DNA of 64,000 nucleotides, taken from contig JAHHIG010000010.1 in NCBI GenBank assembly GCA_019358895.1, positions 27,510-91,509 on the forward strand, in the 5' to 3' direction. The notes beneath the pieces are model-generated. The model ran no database searches, was not told the DNA's origin, and was given only the letters and a program-made list of their open reading frames with translations. The translations under genes and the position numbers were made by a program. This stretch comes from Tildeniella nuda ZEHNDER 1965/U140 (GTDB lineage: Bacteria; Cyanobacteriota; Cyanobacteriia; Leptolyngbyales; Leptolyngbyaceae). Shown here piece by piece: positions 50,098 to 59,250 of the stretch (positions are counted from its first letter, which is position 1; each line of letters starts with the position of its first letter).

Positions 50098-51303
50098 TCA
50101 CTCTAACTTTACCACTGTCCATTGTGTGATTGGTGCCAGCGATCGCCAGCCCAAAAACTGACCGATCGGCTCGGCGCGTTGAATCGCAATACGAGTAAGG
50201 GTTCCGCCTACGTTTTGTTGCCACTGAAAAAGCTGCTGTTCACCCGCGATCGTGACTACATTGGCAACCAGACGACCGCCAGATGGCAGCGCCTCCCAAC
50301 AGGTTTCGATCATGCCGTCTGTTGTGATGCCACCACCAATGAAGATGGCGTGCGGCTGAGGCAGATCCTTGAGCACGGCAGGCGCTTTACCATCGATAAT
50401 GTGTAACCCCGGCGTACCAAGTGCAGCGGCATTATCAGCAATGTATTGAGTTCGGGCTTTCTCAACGGCGATCGCACGGCAGCGAGGATGGCTTCGCATC
50501 CATTCAATGGCGATCGAACCACAGCCTGCACCGACATCCCACAAAAGTTCTCCTGGCATGGGTGCGAGGGCTGAGAGGGTGAGCGATCGCACCTCGCGTT
50601 TGGTCAGTTGCCCGTCATGATGATAGGCACTGTCTGGTAGTCCCGGTGTGCGTGGTAATGGTACTGTGCCTGGATCAGCGACACACTCGACCGCGATCGC
50701 GTTGAGGTCTGCTAAATCCGTTTCGTGCCAGGTAGACGCAATACCTGTAACGTGTCGTTCGTGAGCGCCACCCAACCGTTCTAAAACGGTCATCGCACTG
50801 TTGCCAAAACCGCGTTGAGACAGCAAATCGGCAACGATCGCGGGGGTTTGCTTACCCTCACTCAAAATCAAGAGTTTCGCACCAGGATAGAGATAGGGAT
50901 GCAGTAGTGCAGGCGGACGATTGCACAAGCTGACCGTTTCGACCTCCGTGAGCGACCAGCCAAGTCGGGCACAGGCAAGGCTAAACGTCGATGGTGCCGG
51001 AAGAAGTGTCATTTCCGCCAGGGGAATGCGACGGAGTAACGTTACGCCAATGCCGTAGCACATGGGGTCTCCACTCGCTAAGACGCAAACGGCTTGCCCT
51101 CGCCGACGCAAAATTTCCTCGATCGACTCACGCATCGGTGCTGTCCAAACCAACCGCTCACGATCGTCAGTAGGCAGCATCGCAAGATGTCGATCGCCCC
51201 CCACCAGCACTTCAGCGCGATCAACAAGAGCACGTGCGATCGGGCTTAAGCCTTCCAACCCATCCTCACCAATGCCCACCACCGAAAGCCATTTTTGAGT
51301 CAT
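50098..51303 (-). CDS. cobL: Bifunctional CbiE/CbiT precorrin-6Y C5,15-methyltransferase (decarboxylating)
   Basis: VVGIGEDG, LASGDPMCYG, GQLTKREVR, WDVGAGCGSI. Confidence 0.95.
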   Translation of the reverse strand: MTQKWLSVVGIGEDGLEGLSPIARALVDRAEVLVGGDRHLAMLPTDDRERLVWTAPMRESIEEILRRRGQAVCVLASGDPMCYGIGVTLLRRIPLAEMTLLPAPSTFSLACARLGWSLTEVETVSLCNRPPALLHPYLYPGAKLLILSEGKQTPAIVADLLSQRGFGNSAMTVLERLGGAHERHVTGIASTWHETDLADLNAIAVECVADPGTVPLPRTPGLPDSAYHHDGQLTKREVRSLTLSALAPMPGELLWDVGAGCGSIAIEWMRSHPRCRAIAVEKARTQYIADNAAALGTPGLHIIDGKAPAVLKDLPQPHAIFIGGGITTDGMIETCWEALPSGGRLVANVVTIAGEQQLFQWQQNVGGTLTRIAIQRAEPIGQFLGWRSLAPITQWTVVKLE

Positions 51304-51519
51304 AAAGTCGTTTTAAATTGCGTGTGAGAAGATAACAATACTTGAGCGGTCAGCGGTCAGCTTTAAAGACATACCCTGACGATCAATCATGCCAGCGTTA
51401 CTCTGACTGAATATTCTGCCTGCTAGTCTTTTCGCTAAGAGCGAAAGATTGAGGGCTGATAGCTGATAGCTGATAGCTGCTTATTACAAAAAATGGCATC
51501 TCACGCGTCCACTGCTTTC

Positions 51520-51660
51520 TCATGCTAAGTTACTGAAGCCTAGAGTCGGGAAAGTCCGGTGTGATTCCGGTACTGTGCCGCAACTGTAATGAAGCGTTTT
51601 GAATGCTTTTAAGTCAGAATGCCGACTGGGTGGTATCTGCGGGATGCCTTTATTGTCTAC
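51520..51660 (+). ncRNA. Cobalamin (B12) riboswitch in the cobG leader
   Basis: GGGAAAGTCCGGTGTGATTCCGGTACTGTGCCGCAACTGTAA...AAGTCAGAATGCC core. A downstream hairpin (ctccctg...caggggag, about 51659-51684) covers the GGAGGAG SD. Confidence 0.9.
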
Positions 51661-51692
51661 TCCCTGCGTCGCACAGGGGAGGAGTTAGAGCT

Positions 51693-53189
51693 TTGTCATC
51701 ATTCGCACCATCAGAATTTGCACCATCAAAATTTGCAACTTGCCCCGGCTTGTTTCAGCCATCAGTTGCGCGCGATGGGTTGCTGTCTCGCCTGAGAATA
51801 CCAGGTGGGCTGCTAACAGTGTCCCAGTGTGAAGCGATCGCTGACCTTGCCGATCAAGCGGGTGGCGGCTATGTAACAGTGACGAATCGTGCCAATGTGC
51901 AAATCCGTGAGCTTCAGGTAAGCATTGATGGCGATCAATTGGCGCACTTACAAGCGGTAGGATTAGCCTCTCCTGTTACCGAGATTGATGCACTTCGCAA
52001 CATCATGTGCAGTCCCACAGCAGGTATCGATCGCCAGCAATTGCTCGATACACGCCCGTTTGTCGCTGAGTGGAATCGTTATCTTACAACGCGTCCCGAT
52101 TTTGCCGTGTTATCGCCTAAATTTAGCGTGTGTTTTGATGGTGGCGAAACGGTTTCGGTGCGCGATCGACCCAACGACATTAGTTTGGTAGCAGTGGCGA
52201 TCGATGATGAAATTTACTTTCGTTTGCATTTGAGCTTGGGCGATCGTGGAGCATCGCCACGTGAAACAGACATTCTCATTAGACCAGAAGAGAGTCTGCA
52301 AGTGCTAATAGCGATGACAGAGGTTTATCGTGACTACACAATGCAAACGCTCGGTAATAGTAGCCGACAAAAACCGCGTTTAAGAACGCTTTTACACGAC
52401 TGGGGTTTAGAAACATATCTGCGAACCATAATAAGTCGCCTGCCGTTTTTATTAGAACAAAAGGCAAGAATTCTGCTTCAGGGAAACGAAGAAATTGATC
52501 ATAACTCATTCTCTAACTCATATCATCATTTAGGGATACATGCTCAACGTCAGCCTGGACTTTTTTATGTTGGTGTTGTTCTACCGCTGGGTCGCTTAGA
52601 GACGACACAACTGCGCGGATTAGCAACAATAACAGCACGATATGGCAGTGGCATTTTGCGAATAACGCCGTGGCAGACTGTGTTACTTTCTGATCTTCCA
52701 ACGTCAGAAATATCAGTAGTAATGCAGGAAGTTGAACAGTTAGGATTAAGCGGATCATCCACACATTCTCACAGCGCGATCGTTGCCTGTTCTGGTACAA
52801 CAGGTTGCAAGTCATCGGCTACTAACACGCAAGCAGATGCTCTAGTACTAGCGGCTCATCTAGAACAACATATCGTGCTTGATCGTCCGATTAATATCCA
52901 TTTCAGCGGGTGTGAAAAATCCTGTGCTCAACACTCTGCCAGTGATATTACATTGCTTGGCATTACAACAGAACGTTACCGCGTTTATGTGGGAGATGGC
53001 GATTCAAATTTTGGTCGATTACTCTACCAAAACTACCGTTCTACACAACTGCCTGACCTAGTTGAGCAAATACTACGAGTTTATCAAACGTGTCGATCGC
53101 ATTGGCATGAAACCTTTAGAAGCTTTGTTGATCGACATACGATCGTGGAACTGCAGCAATTACTTGATCAAGCTCGATTGACACCATGA
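51693..53189 (+). CDS. cobG: Precorrin-3B synthase
   Basis: CPGLFQ...DGLLSRLRIPGG, RNIMCSP, LSPKF, CSGTTGC...SGCEKSCA; TTG start after the SD. Confidence 0.92.
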   Translation: MSSFAPSEFAPSKFATCPGLFQPSVARDGLLSRLRIPGGLLTVSQCEAIADLADQAGGGYVTVTNRANVQIRELQVSIDGDQLAHLQAVGLASPVTEIDALRNIMCSPTAGIDRQQLLDTRPFVAEWNRYLTTRPDFAVLSPKFSVCFDGGETVSVRDRPNDISLVAVAIDDEIYFRLHLSLGDRGASPRETDILIRPEESLQVLIAMTEVYRDYTMQTLGNSSRQKPRLRTLLHDWGLETYLRTIISRLPFLLEQKARILLQGNEEIDHNSFSNSYHHLGIHAQRQPGLFYVGVVLPLGRLETTQLRGLATITARYGSGILRITPWQTVLLSDLPTSEISVVMQEVEQLGLSGSSTHSHSAIVACSGTTGCKSSATNTQADALVLAAHLEQHIVLDRPINIHFSGCEKSCAQHSASDITLLGITTERYRVYVGDGDSNFGRLLYQNYRSTQLPDLVEQILRVYQTCRSHWHETFRSFVDRHTIVELQQLLDQARLTP

Positions 53190-54319
53190 CTATAGTTCTG
53201 CACTTTACTGGATTTATAAAAGGTGTTAAGTATAGAGCTTGTTTGACAGAAAGTCTAGCAAAAGGCGCTTTTGCAGACTTTGACATCAATCAATCCAGCG
53301 CTTACGGAATCATACAGACAGATAGTTCAGAGCTAGCTTACTCAAAATGGGTTTCACCAAAACGAACAAGAAGCTACCCGTTTGCAAGAATTTATAATAC
53401 TTACAACGCCGCAAAAATCCTAACTGTAATTCCTGTCATTAAAGACGAAGGAAGAGATGGAGATTTAGACAAGCTTCAGTATTCAACAATTTCATGGATG
53501 AATTTACTGAATACGTATATCGTTCTTGGATACTATGAAAATGCAGAAAAAAGTTATAAAGATAAGCAATCTACTAAGAATAAGCTCACCAAACAACGAT
53601 TTAACAATGAATTTATAAAGTCTCAAATTCAAGAAATATTAGATTATAAGCAGAGTGCTTTGCATTGGAACAGAAGCTTGTTTGAGGAGCGCTTTGTCGA
53701 AATTTTTAGAAAAGCTCTCGACTCATACGCAGTTATATCGAGGCAAATTAATGTACCACTTCACTCTCATGCTGGAATGGAAAAGTATTTGCAGGCGATC
53801 ATTAAGGATTTTGAAGAATTCAAGAATATTTCTTTGAAAGGATCGCGGGGTGCAAGTAGGCGAGAGGCAGCAACATCTCATAAGCTTGAATATCTCATTG
53901 ATGGCATGAAAGCGACCTTCTGCATTGAAAACTATTTGGGAGGGACTTATTACTTGACACCAGATGAAATGATTCACGTAGACGAGAGTTACATTATCCA
54001 AGAATCGAAAAACTCGACTCGAAAAGCTTTACCAGAGTTGAGCGATATCCAAGATGGTCTTTTCAAGCTAATTGTATACTCAAATATAGATGCCTTACAG
54101 TTGAACGGTCATCGCGTCAACTTTTCTGTAAGACTGAGGCTTACAGGTAGAGGTATTAAGGATTCAATCATTTTACCTTGGTCCCCAGAAAAATTAGAAG
54201 AGTTTATTAGAGTCAATTCATTAGTGTTTAGTAAAAAGGAAGAGAGTACTATTAGAAAATTGTTGCTTGAGGTTGAGCACAATGAAAACGTAGAAATTGA
54301 GATCAGAGCAAATCGTTAG
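53186..54319 (+). CDS. Putative Type II restriction endonuclease
   Basis: LTPDEM-x-IIQESKN PD-(D/E)XK motif; AT-rich; no HIP1 octamer seen; directly upstream of an adenine methyltransferase. Confidence 0.72.
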   Translation: MTIVLHFTGFIKGVKYRACLTESLAKGAFADFDINQSSAYGIIQTDSSELAYSKWVSPKRTRSYPFARIYNTYNAAKILTVIPVIKDEGRDGDLDKLQYSTISWMNLLNTYIVLGYYENAEKSYKDKQSTKNKLTKQRFNNEFIKSQIQEILDYKQSALHWNRSLFEERFVEIFRKALDSYAVISRQINVPLHSHAGMEKYLQAIIKDFEEFKNISLKGSRGASRREAATSHKLEYLIDGMKATFCIENYLGGTYYLTPDEMIHVDESYIIQESKNSTRKALPELSDIQDGLFKLIVYSNIDALQLNGHRVNFSVRLRLTGRGIKDSIILPWSPEKLEEFIRVNSLVFSKKEESTIRKLLLEVEHNENVEIEIRANR

Positions 54320-54324
54320 TTATT

Positions 54325-55149
54325 ATGGCTCAAATCAAAAGTCCACTTCGCTATCCGGGTGGAAAATCAAAAGCCCTCGATAAAATAATCCCCTATATTC
54401 CGCTAAGCATTAATGAATATAGAGAGCCTTTTGTGGGTGGGGGATCAGTTTTTCTTGCAGTGAAGCAACTGTTCGGTAGTCGAATCAAGCAGTATTGGCT
54501 CAATGACTTAAATTTTGATTTGTATTGTTTCTGGCTTGCTGCTAAGGATGATATTGCAGAGCTTGTAGATGAAGTAGATAAGATCAAGCAAAAATATACG
54601 AACCAAAAATATACGAACGGTAGAGAACTGTTTAATTATTTCACCTGCCCAGATTTAAAACTTAGTGAGTTTGAGCGAGCAGTACGCTTCTTTGTCTTAA
54701 ATCGCATTACATTTTCAGGCACGGTTGACTCTGGTGGCTATTCGCAACAAGCTTTTGAAAGAAGATTTACAGATTCGTCGATCGAACGCTTACGCAATCT
54801 TTCTGTTCATTTAGCCTCAATTCGCATTACTAATGGCGACTATGAAAACTTGCTATTCCAAGATGGAGAAAAAGTTTTTATCTTTCTCGATCCACCTTAT
54901 TTGAGTGCTACACAATCGAAGCTCTATGGTTTTCGAGGACAATTACACACTTCTTTTGATCACGAACGCTTTGCCAAAAATATGCGCGCATGTCGGCACA
55001 GATGGCTAATCACATATGACGACTCTCCTGAAATTAGAAAGCTCTTTGACTTCGCCAATATTACTGAATGGACGCTTCAGTATGGCATGAATAACTATAA
55101 GCAAAAAAATGCCGCTGAGGGGCAGGAATTGTTGATAAAAAACTATTAA
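54325..55149 (+). CDS. Dam-family (D12 class) DNA N6-adenine methyltransferase
   Basis: LRYPGGKS, EPFVGGGSV (motif I), DPPY (motif IV), WLITYDD. Confidence 0.93.
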   Translation: MAQIKSPLRYPGGKSKALDKIIPYIPLSINEYREPFVGGGSVFLAVKQLFGSRIKQYWLNDLNFDLYCFWLAAKDDIAELVDEVDKIKQKYTNQKYTNGRELFNYFTCPDLKLSEFERAVRFFVLNRITFSGTVDSGGYSQQAFERRFTDSSIERLRNLSVHLASIRITNGDYENLLFQDGEKVFIFLDPPYLSATQSKLYGFRGQLHTSFDHERFAKNMRACRHRWLITYDDSPEIRKLFDFANITEWTLQYGMNNYKQKNAAEGQELLIKNY

Positions 55150-55184
55150 ATTGCTTCTTTTCTCTGTTTAAACAACCGCTTAAA

Positions 55185-55814
55185 ATGATTGACTACATTC
55201 GGGACGGCAATGAAATTTATCAACACTCTTTTGCCATCATTCGAGCTGAGGCAAATTTGGCAATGCTGCCAGCCGCTTTAGAAACGGTAGCCGTGCGGCT
55301 GATTCATGCCTGCGGTATGACTGATATTGTCCAAGATTTAGCCTATTCCACTAATGCAGCAGAGGCGGGACGATCGGCACTCATCAACGGCGCACCAATC
55401 TTGTGTGACGCTCAGATGGTGGCAAATGGGGTCACTCGTCAACGCTTGCCTGCTAACAATGCGGTTATTTGCACGTTGAACGATCCAGAAGTGCCCACGA
55501 TCGCCCAAACCATCCAGAACACACGGTCGGCAGCGGCTTTGGAACTGTGGCGATCGCACTTGAATGGCGCAGTGGTGGCGATCGGCAATGCCCCAACTGC
55601 TTTATTTCGCTTGTTGGAATTACTTGATGAAGGTGCGCCAAAACCAGCGCTAATCTTGGGTTTTCCGGTTGGGTTTGTGGGTGCTGCCGAATCAAAAGCC
55701 GCACTGGCAGAAAACAGCAGGGGTGTGCCCTTTCTGACCATTCAGGGTCGTCGGGGTGGTAGTGCAATGGCAGCCGCAGCCGTGAATGCGTTAGCAAAGG
55801 AGACTGAGTTATGA
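55185..55814 (+). CDS. cobH: Precorrin-8X methylmutase
   Basis: IYQHSFAII, TRSAAA, IGNAPTALF, PVGFVGAAESK, RRGGS. Confidence 0.96.
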   Translation: MIDYIRDGNEIYQHSFAIIRAEANLAMLPAALETVAVRLIHACGMTDIVQDLAYSTNAAEAGRSALINGAPILCDAQMVANGVTRQRLPANNAVICTLNDPEVPTIAQTIQNTRSAAALELWRSHLNGAVVAIGNAPTALFRLLELLDEGAPKPALILGFPVGFVGAAESKAALAENSRGVPFLTIQGRRGGSAMAAAAVNALAKETEL

Positions 55815-56677
55815 CTGAAGCAGGAATAGGGAGTGGGGAGTGGGGAGTGGGGAATAGGGATAGGAAACAAGAGGGGGCAGGGGACGGGGAACAAGGGCTA
55901 AGGGGAGCAGAGGGGGCAGGGGATGCCAATCAATCCCCAAAACTCTCTTCCCCCGCACCCCACACCCCACACCCTACACCCCCTGGAAGACTCTACGGCT
56001 TAGGCATTGGTCCCGGCGATCCGGAGCTGCTGACGCTCAAGGCACACCGCATTTTGACTTCGGTGCCTGTCATTGCTTATCCCACAATGGAAAGTGGCAA
56101 AGTGCTGGCGCGGGCGATCGTCGCCGATTTCATTCGCCCAGAGCAAATCGAAGTGCCCATGCCGCTACCGTTTAGCGTGGAGCGATCGTCGCAACCCTAT
56201 TACGACACTGCGGCTGAGACTATTGCCCAACATCTCACAGCGGGACGCGATGTAGCGGTTCTTTGTGAGGGCGATCCGTTGCTGTATGGCTCGTTTATGT
56301 ACATCTTTAACCGTCTGGCGGGACGCTTTGATACTGAAGTGGTGCCAGGGATTTCTTCGACCTTTGCTAGTGCTGCGATGTTAGGTGTACCCCTCACCTA
56401 CCGCAACGATGTGCTCAGCATTATGCCTGCTACGTTGGATGAAGCGACCTTGCGCGATCGCCTTGCCGTTGCCGACGCTGCCATCATCATCAAACTGGGC
56501 AGGCACTTCGCCAAAGTTCGCACCATTCTGGACGATTTAGGCTTGCTGTCACGGGCACTGTATATTGAACGGGCAACGATGCCGAACCAGCAGATTCGTC
56601 CGATCGCCGCCATGAATCCGGCTGACGTTCCCTACTGGGCACTGATTCTCATCCCCAGCCAAACTCGACCGCAATAA
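55811..56677 (+). CDS. cobI: Precorrin-2 C20-methyltransferase with a repeat-derived N-terminal insertion
   Basis: GRLYGLGIGPGDPELLTLKA, CEGDPLLYGSF, VVPGISS; ATG overlaps the cobH stop (ATGA). Confidence 0.94.
   Translation: MTEAGIGSGEWGVGNRDRKQEGAGDGEQGLRGAEGAGDANQSPKLSSPAPHTPHPTPPGRLYGLGIGPGDPELLTLKAHRILTSVPVIAYPTMESGKVLARAIVADFIRPEQIEVPMPLPFSVERSSQPYYDTAAETIAQHLTAGRDVAVLCEGDPLLYGSFMYIFNRLAGRFDTEVVPGISSTFASAAMLGVPLTYRNDVLSIMPATLDEATLRDRLAVADAAIIIKLGRHFAKVRTILDDLGLLSRALYIERATMPNQQIRPIAAMNPADVPYWALILIPSQTRPQ
55828..55980. repeat. Inverted pair of STRR1-like heptamer runs inside the cobI 5' end
   Basis: gggagtggggagtggggagtggggaataggg...ccccgcaccccacaccccacacccta. Confidence 0.8.
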
Positions 56678-56816
56678 AATTACTGATAATGGGTGCATAG
56701 ACGCGATTGAATCAGATTAGCGTTTGGCTATCAGCGTTCAGCCGTCAGCGTTCAGCCTGATTAGGTCTACACTGTTGCTTCAACTTCATCCCACCTCAGC
56801 TATTGGGACTGTTGCT

Positions 56817-57560
56817 ATGACTTCTTCCCTGCCTCAAACTACTGCCTCTCAGTTGAAGGGGGTGGCGTTGCCGCCACTGGAGAACGGCGATCGCCTGACG
56901 CGTCCCGAATTTGAGCGTCGCTACAACGCCATGCCCAACGTGAGAAAAGCAGAACTAATTGAAGGAGTCGTCTACATGGCATCGCCGTTACGTTTTACAC
57001 CCCACGCTGAACCGCACGGTGATCTTATCGGCTGGTTATGGACATATAAAATTGCTACGCCAGAAGTAAGGATGGGTATTGAGCCAACCATGCGTCTGGA
57101 TATAGACAACGAACCACAACCAGATGGCGTGCTGTTGATTAGTCAGTCAAGTGGTGGACAGGCAACACTCAGTGACGATAGCTATCTGGAAGGCGCAGCC
57201 GAACTGGTTGTAGAGGTTGCGGCGAGTAGTGCAGCCATTGACCTGGGCGATAAAAAACGTGCTTATCGGCGCAGTGGCGTACAGGAATACATTGTTTGGC
57301 AGGTGTATGACCAGAAAATCGACTGGTTTCAGTTGCAGGACGGGGATTATGTTTCGTTAGTGCCGGATAAACAGGGTGTCATTCACAGCAAGGTGTTTCC
57401 GGGCTTGTGGTTGAACGTGGAGGCAATGCTGCAGGGCGACATGCGATCGGTCTTAGCCGTCCTGCAAACCGGGATCGATAGCACAGAGCATCAAACCTTT
57501 GTGCAGCAACTTGAGGATCTGCGGCTCAAAGCGATACAAGCAGGCGATCGACCGCAATGA
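56817..57560 (+). CDS. Uma2-family (DUF820) putative endonuclease
   Basis: LENGDRLTRPEFERRY, AELIEGVVYM, EPQPD, ELVVEVA, GVQEYIVW. Confidence 0.92.
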   Translation: MTSSLPQTTASQLKGVALPPLENGDRLTRPEFERRYNAMPNVRKAELIEGVVYMASPLRFTPHAEPHGDLIGWLWTYKIATPEVRMGIEPTMRLDIDNEPQPDGVLLISQSSGGQATLSDDSYLEGAAELVVEVAASSAAIDLGDKKRAYRRSGVQEYIVWQVYDQKIDWFQLQDGDYVSLVPDKQGVIHSKVFPGLWLNVEAMLQGDMRSVLAVLQTGIDSTEHQTFVQQLEDLRLKAIQAGDRPQ

Positions 57561-58975
57561 AGCCCCCTGTTATCATCATTCTGAGCGAAAGCAGCGTAGC
57601 GATCGCGCAACAAATCCAGGCAGCCTTACCCATCGCTACGATCTACGGGTTAGCAGGACGTACCCAATCGGTTGATGCGTCCTACACCAAATTTGGCGAC
57701 ACAGTACGAGACTTATTCAGCGAGGGAACGCCGATCGTTGGCATCTGTGCAGCGGGGATTTTGATTCGATCGCTGGCTCCCCTACTAGCCGACAAACGAG
57801 CCGAACCACCCGTGATCGCCGTGGCGGAAGATGGTAGTGCCGTTGTCCCGCTGTTGGGAGGATTGACGGGTGCGAATGAGTTGGCAACCGCGATCGCCCA
57901 TGCCTTCAACAGCAAAGCCGCGATTACTGCAACTGGGCAACTGCGGTTCAATGTTGTGTTGGAAGCGCCGCCATCTGGTTACCGATTGACAAATCCAGAA
58001 CACGCTAAAGCCTTCACCTCTGATCTCATCGCTGGAGCGACAGTGAGACTCATGGGTGATGCCGATTGGCTTCGTCAAAGCAATCTCCCCTTTACAGCAG
58101 ACGGCACACACACGATCGAAGTGACCGATCGCCCAATCATAGGCAGTGCAACCCATCTGGTCTATCAACCTGTTGTCGTTCAAGGCAAGCTAGCGATCGT
58201 GGGTACAGGTCCCGGAGCGGCTGAGTGGATGTCGCCAGAAGTCAAGGCAATTCTGCAAGCTGCTACAGATTTAGTCGGCTACAAAACCTATTTAGATCTA
58301 GTCGGTACGTTTGCTCAAGGAAAGCGGCACGAGTCGGATAATCGCGTGGAGATCGATCGCGCCCGACAAGCGTTAGATCTGGCTGCCGAAGGTCGATCGG
58401 TCGTGGTCGTTTCTTCTGGTGATCCCGGCATTTATGCAATGGCAGCGGCAGTGTTTGAAGTGATCGATCGTGACGCAAACCCTTCCTGGGAGCAGCTTGA
58501 TATCCACGTCGCGCCCGGAATTTCAGCCATGCAAGCGGCAGCAGCGGCGATCGGTGCACCGCTGGGGCATGACTTCTGCGCCATCTCCCTTTCCGACATC
58601 CTCAAACCCTGGTTGGTGATTGAACAACGTCTTGCAGCAGCGGCTCAAGCTGATTTTGTTATCGCGTTCTACAATCCCGTTTCTAAACAGCGAACGTGGC
58701 AACTCGATAAGGCAAAAGAGATTTTAAGGCAATGGCGATCGTCCACAACACCTGTCGTCTTGGCACGCAATTTGGGGCGATCGGGTCAATCTGTACAGGT
58801 CATAACGCTTGATCAGCTTGTGTCAGCAGATGCAGATATGCGAACAGTTATTCTCGTCGGTTCTAGCCAGACCCGCACGATTGCGCGATCGGATGGTAGC
58901 GTATGGGTTTACACTCCACGGCATTATCAAGACGATCTCCAAACGAACCATCACGATCAAACGGCGATCGTGTAA
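57557..58975 (+). CDS. cobJ: CbiG_N-CobJ/CbiH fusion, precorrin-3B C17-methyltransferase
   Basis: N-terminal GILIRSLAP...EPPVIAV...LLGG; C-terminal VGTGPG, SSGDPGIYAMA, HDFCAISLSD, FYNPVS. Confidence 0.93.
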   Translation: MKPPVIIILSESSVAIAQQIQAALPIATIYGLAGRTQSVDASYTKFGDTVRDLFSEGTPIVGICAAGILIRSLAPLLADKRAEPPVIAVAEDGSAVVPLLGGLTGANELATAIAHAFNSKAAITATGQLRFNVVLEAPPSGYRLTNPEHAKAFTSDLIAGATVRLMGDADWLRQSNLPFTADGTHTIEVTDRPIIGSATHLVYQPVVVQGKLAIVGTGPGAAEWMSPEVKAILQAATDLVGYKTYLDLVGTFAQGKRHESDNRVEIDRARQALDLAAEGRSVVVVSSGDPGIYAMAAAVFEVIDRDANPSWEQLDIHVAPGISAMQAAAAAIGAPLGHDFCAISLSDILKPWLVIEQRLAAAAQADFVIAFYNPVSKQRTWQLDKAKEILRQWRSSTTPVVLARNLGRSGQSVQVITLDQLVSADADMRTVILVGSSQTRTIARSDGSVWVYTPRHYQDDLQTNHHDQTAIV

Positions 58976-59007
58976 ATTACTGGGCGTAATTAAACTAAAG
59001 ATGATTC

Positions 59008-59065
59008 TGGGGGTGGAGGGGGTGGAACCCCCTGCCTGGGGGCAGCGCCCCCAAACCCCTACCTC
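59008..59065. repeat. GC-rich cruciform palindromic repeat
   Basis: gggggtggaaccccc and gggggcagcgccccc hairpins nested within ggggt...acccc. Confidence 0.55.
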
Positions 59066-59250
59066 ACAACTAATTGTGACTACCTACTTAATGTGCCTGA
59101 AATTCATGCTGTCTGATGGCTCAAGCAACGGCTCTAGGAGGGCGATCGAAACCAAAAGGAGAATTGCGATAAAATCAGAAGACTCATGGGGCAAAATGGT
59201 AGGGTAACGCTGTTATTTCCAGGAGAACTGCTGGGTTTTGAGGATGTCTT

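Noticed and set aside
51603-51692. ORF-track N-terminal extension of cobG
   Set aside because: It overlaps the riboswitch; the SD GGAGGAG supports the TTG at 51693
53186-55149. Naming the RM recognition sequence (e.g. GATC)
   Set aside because: Dam-family membership does not fix specificity; REBASE comparison or methylome data are needed
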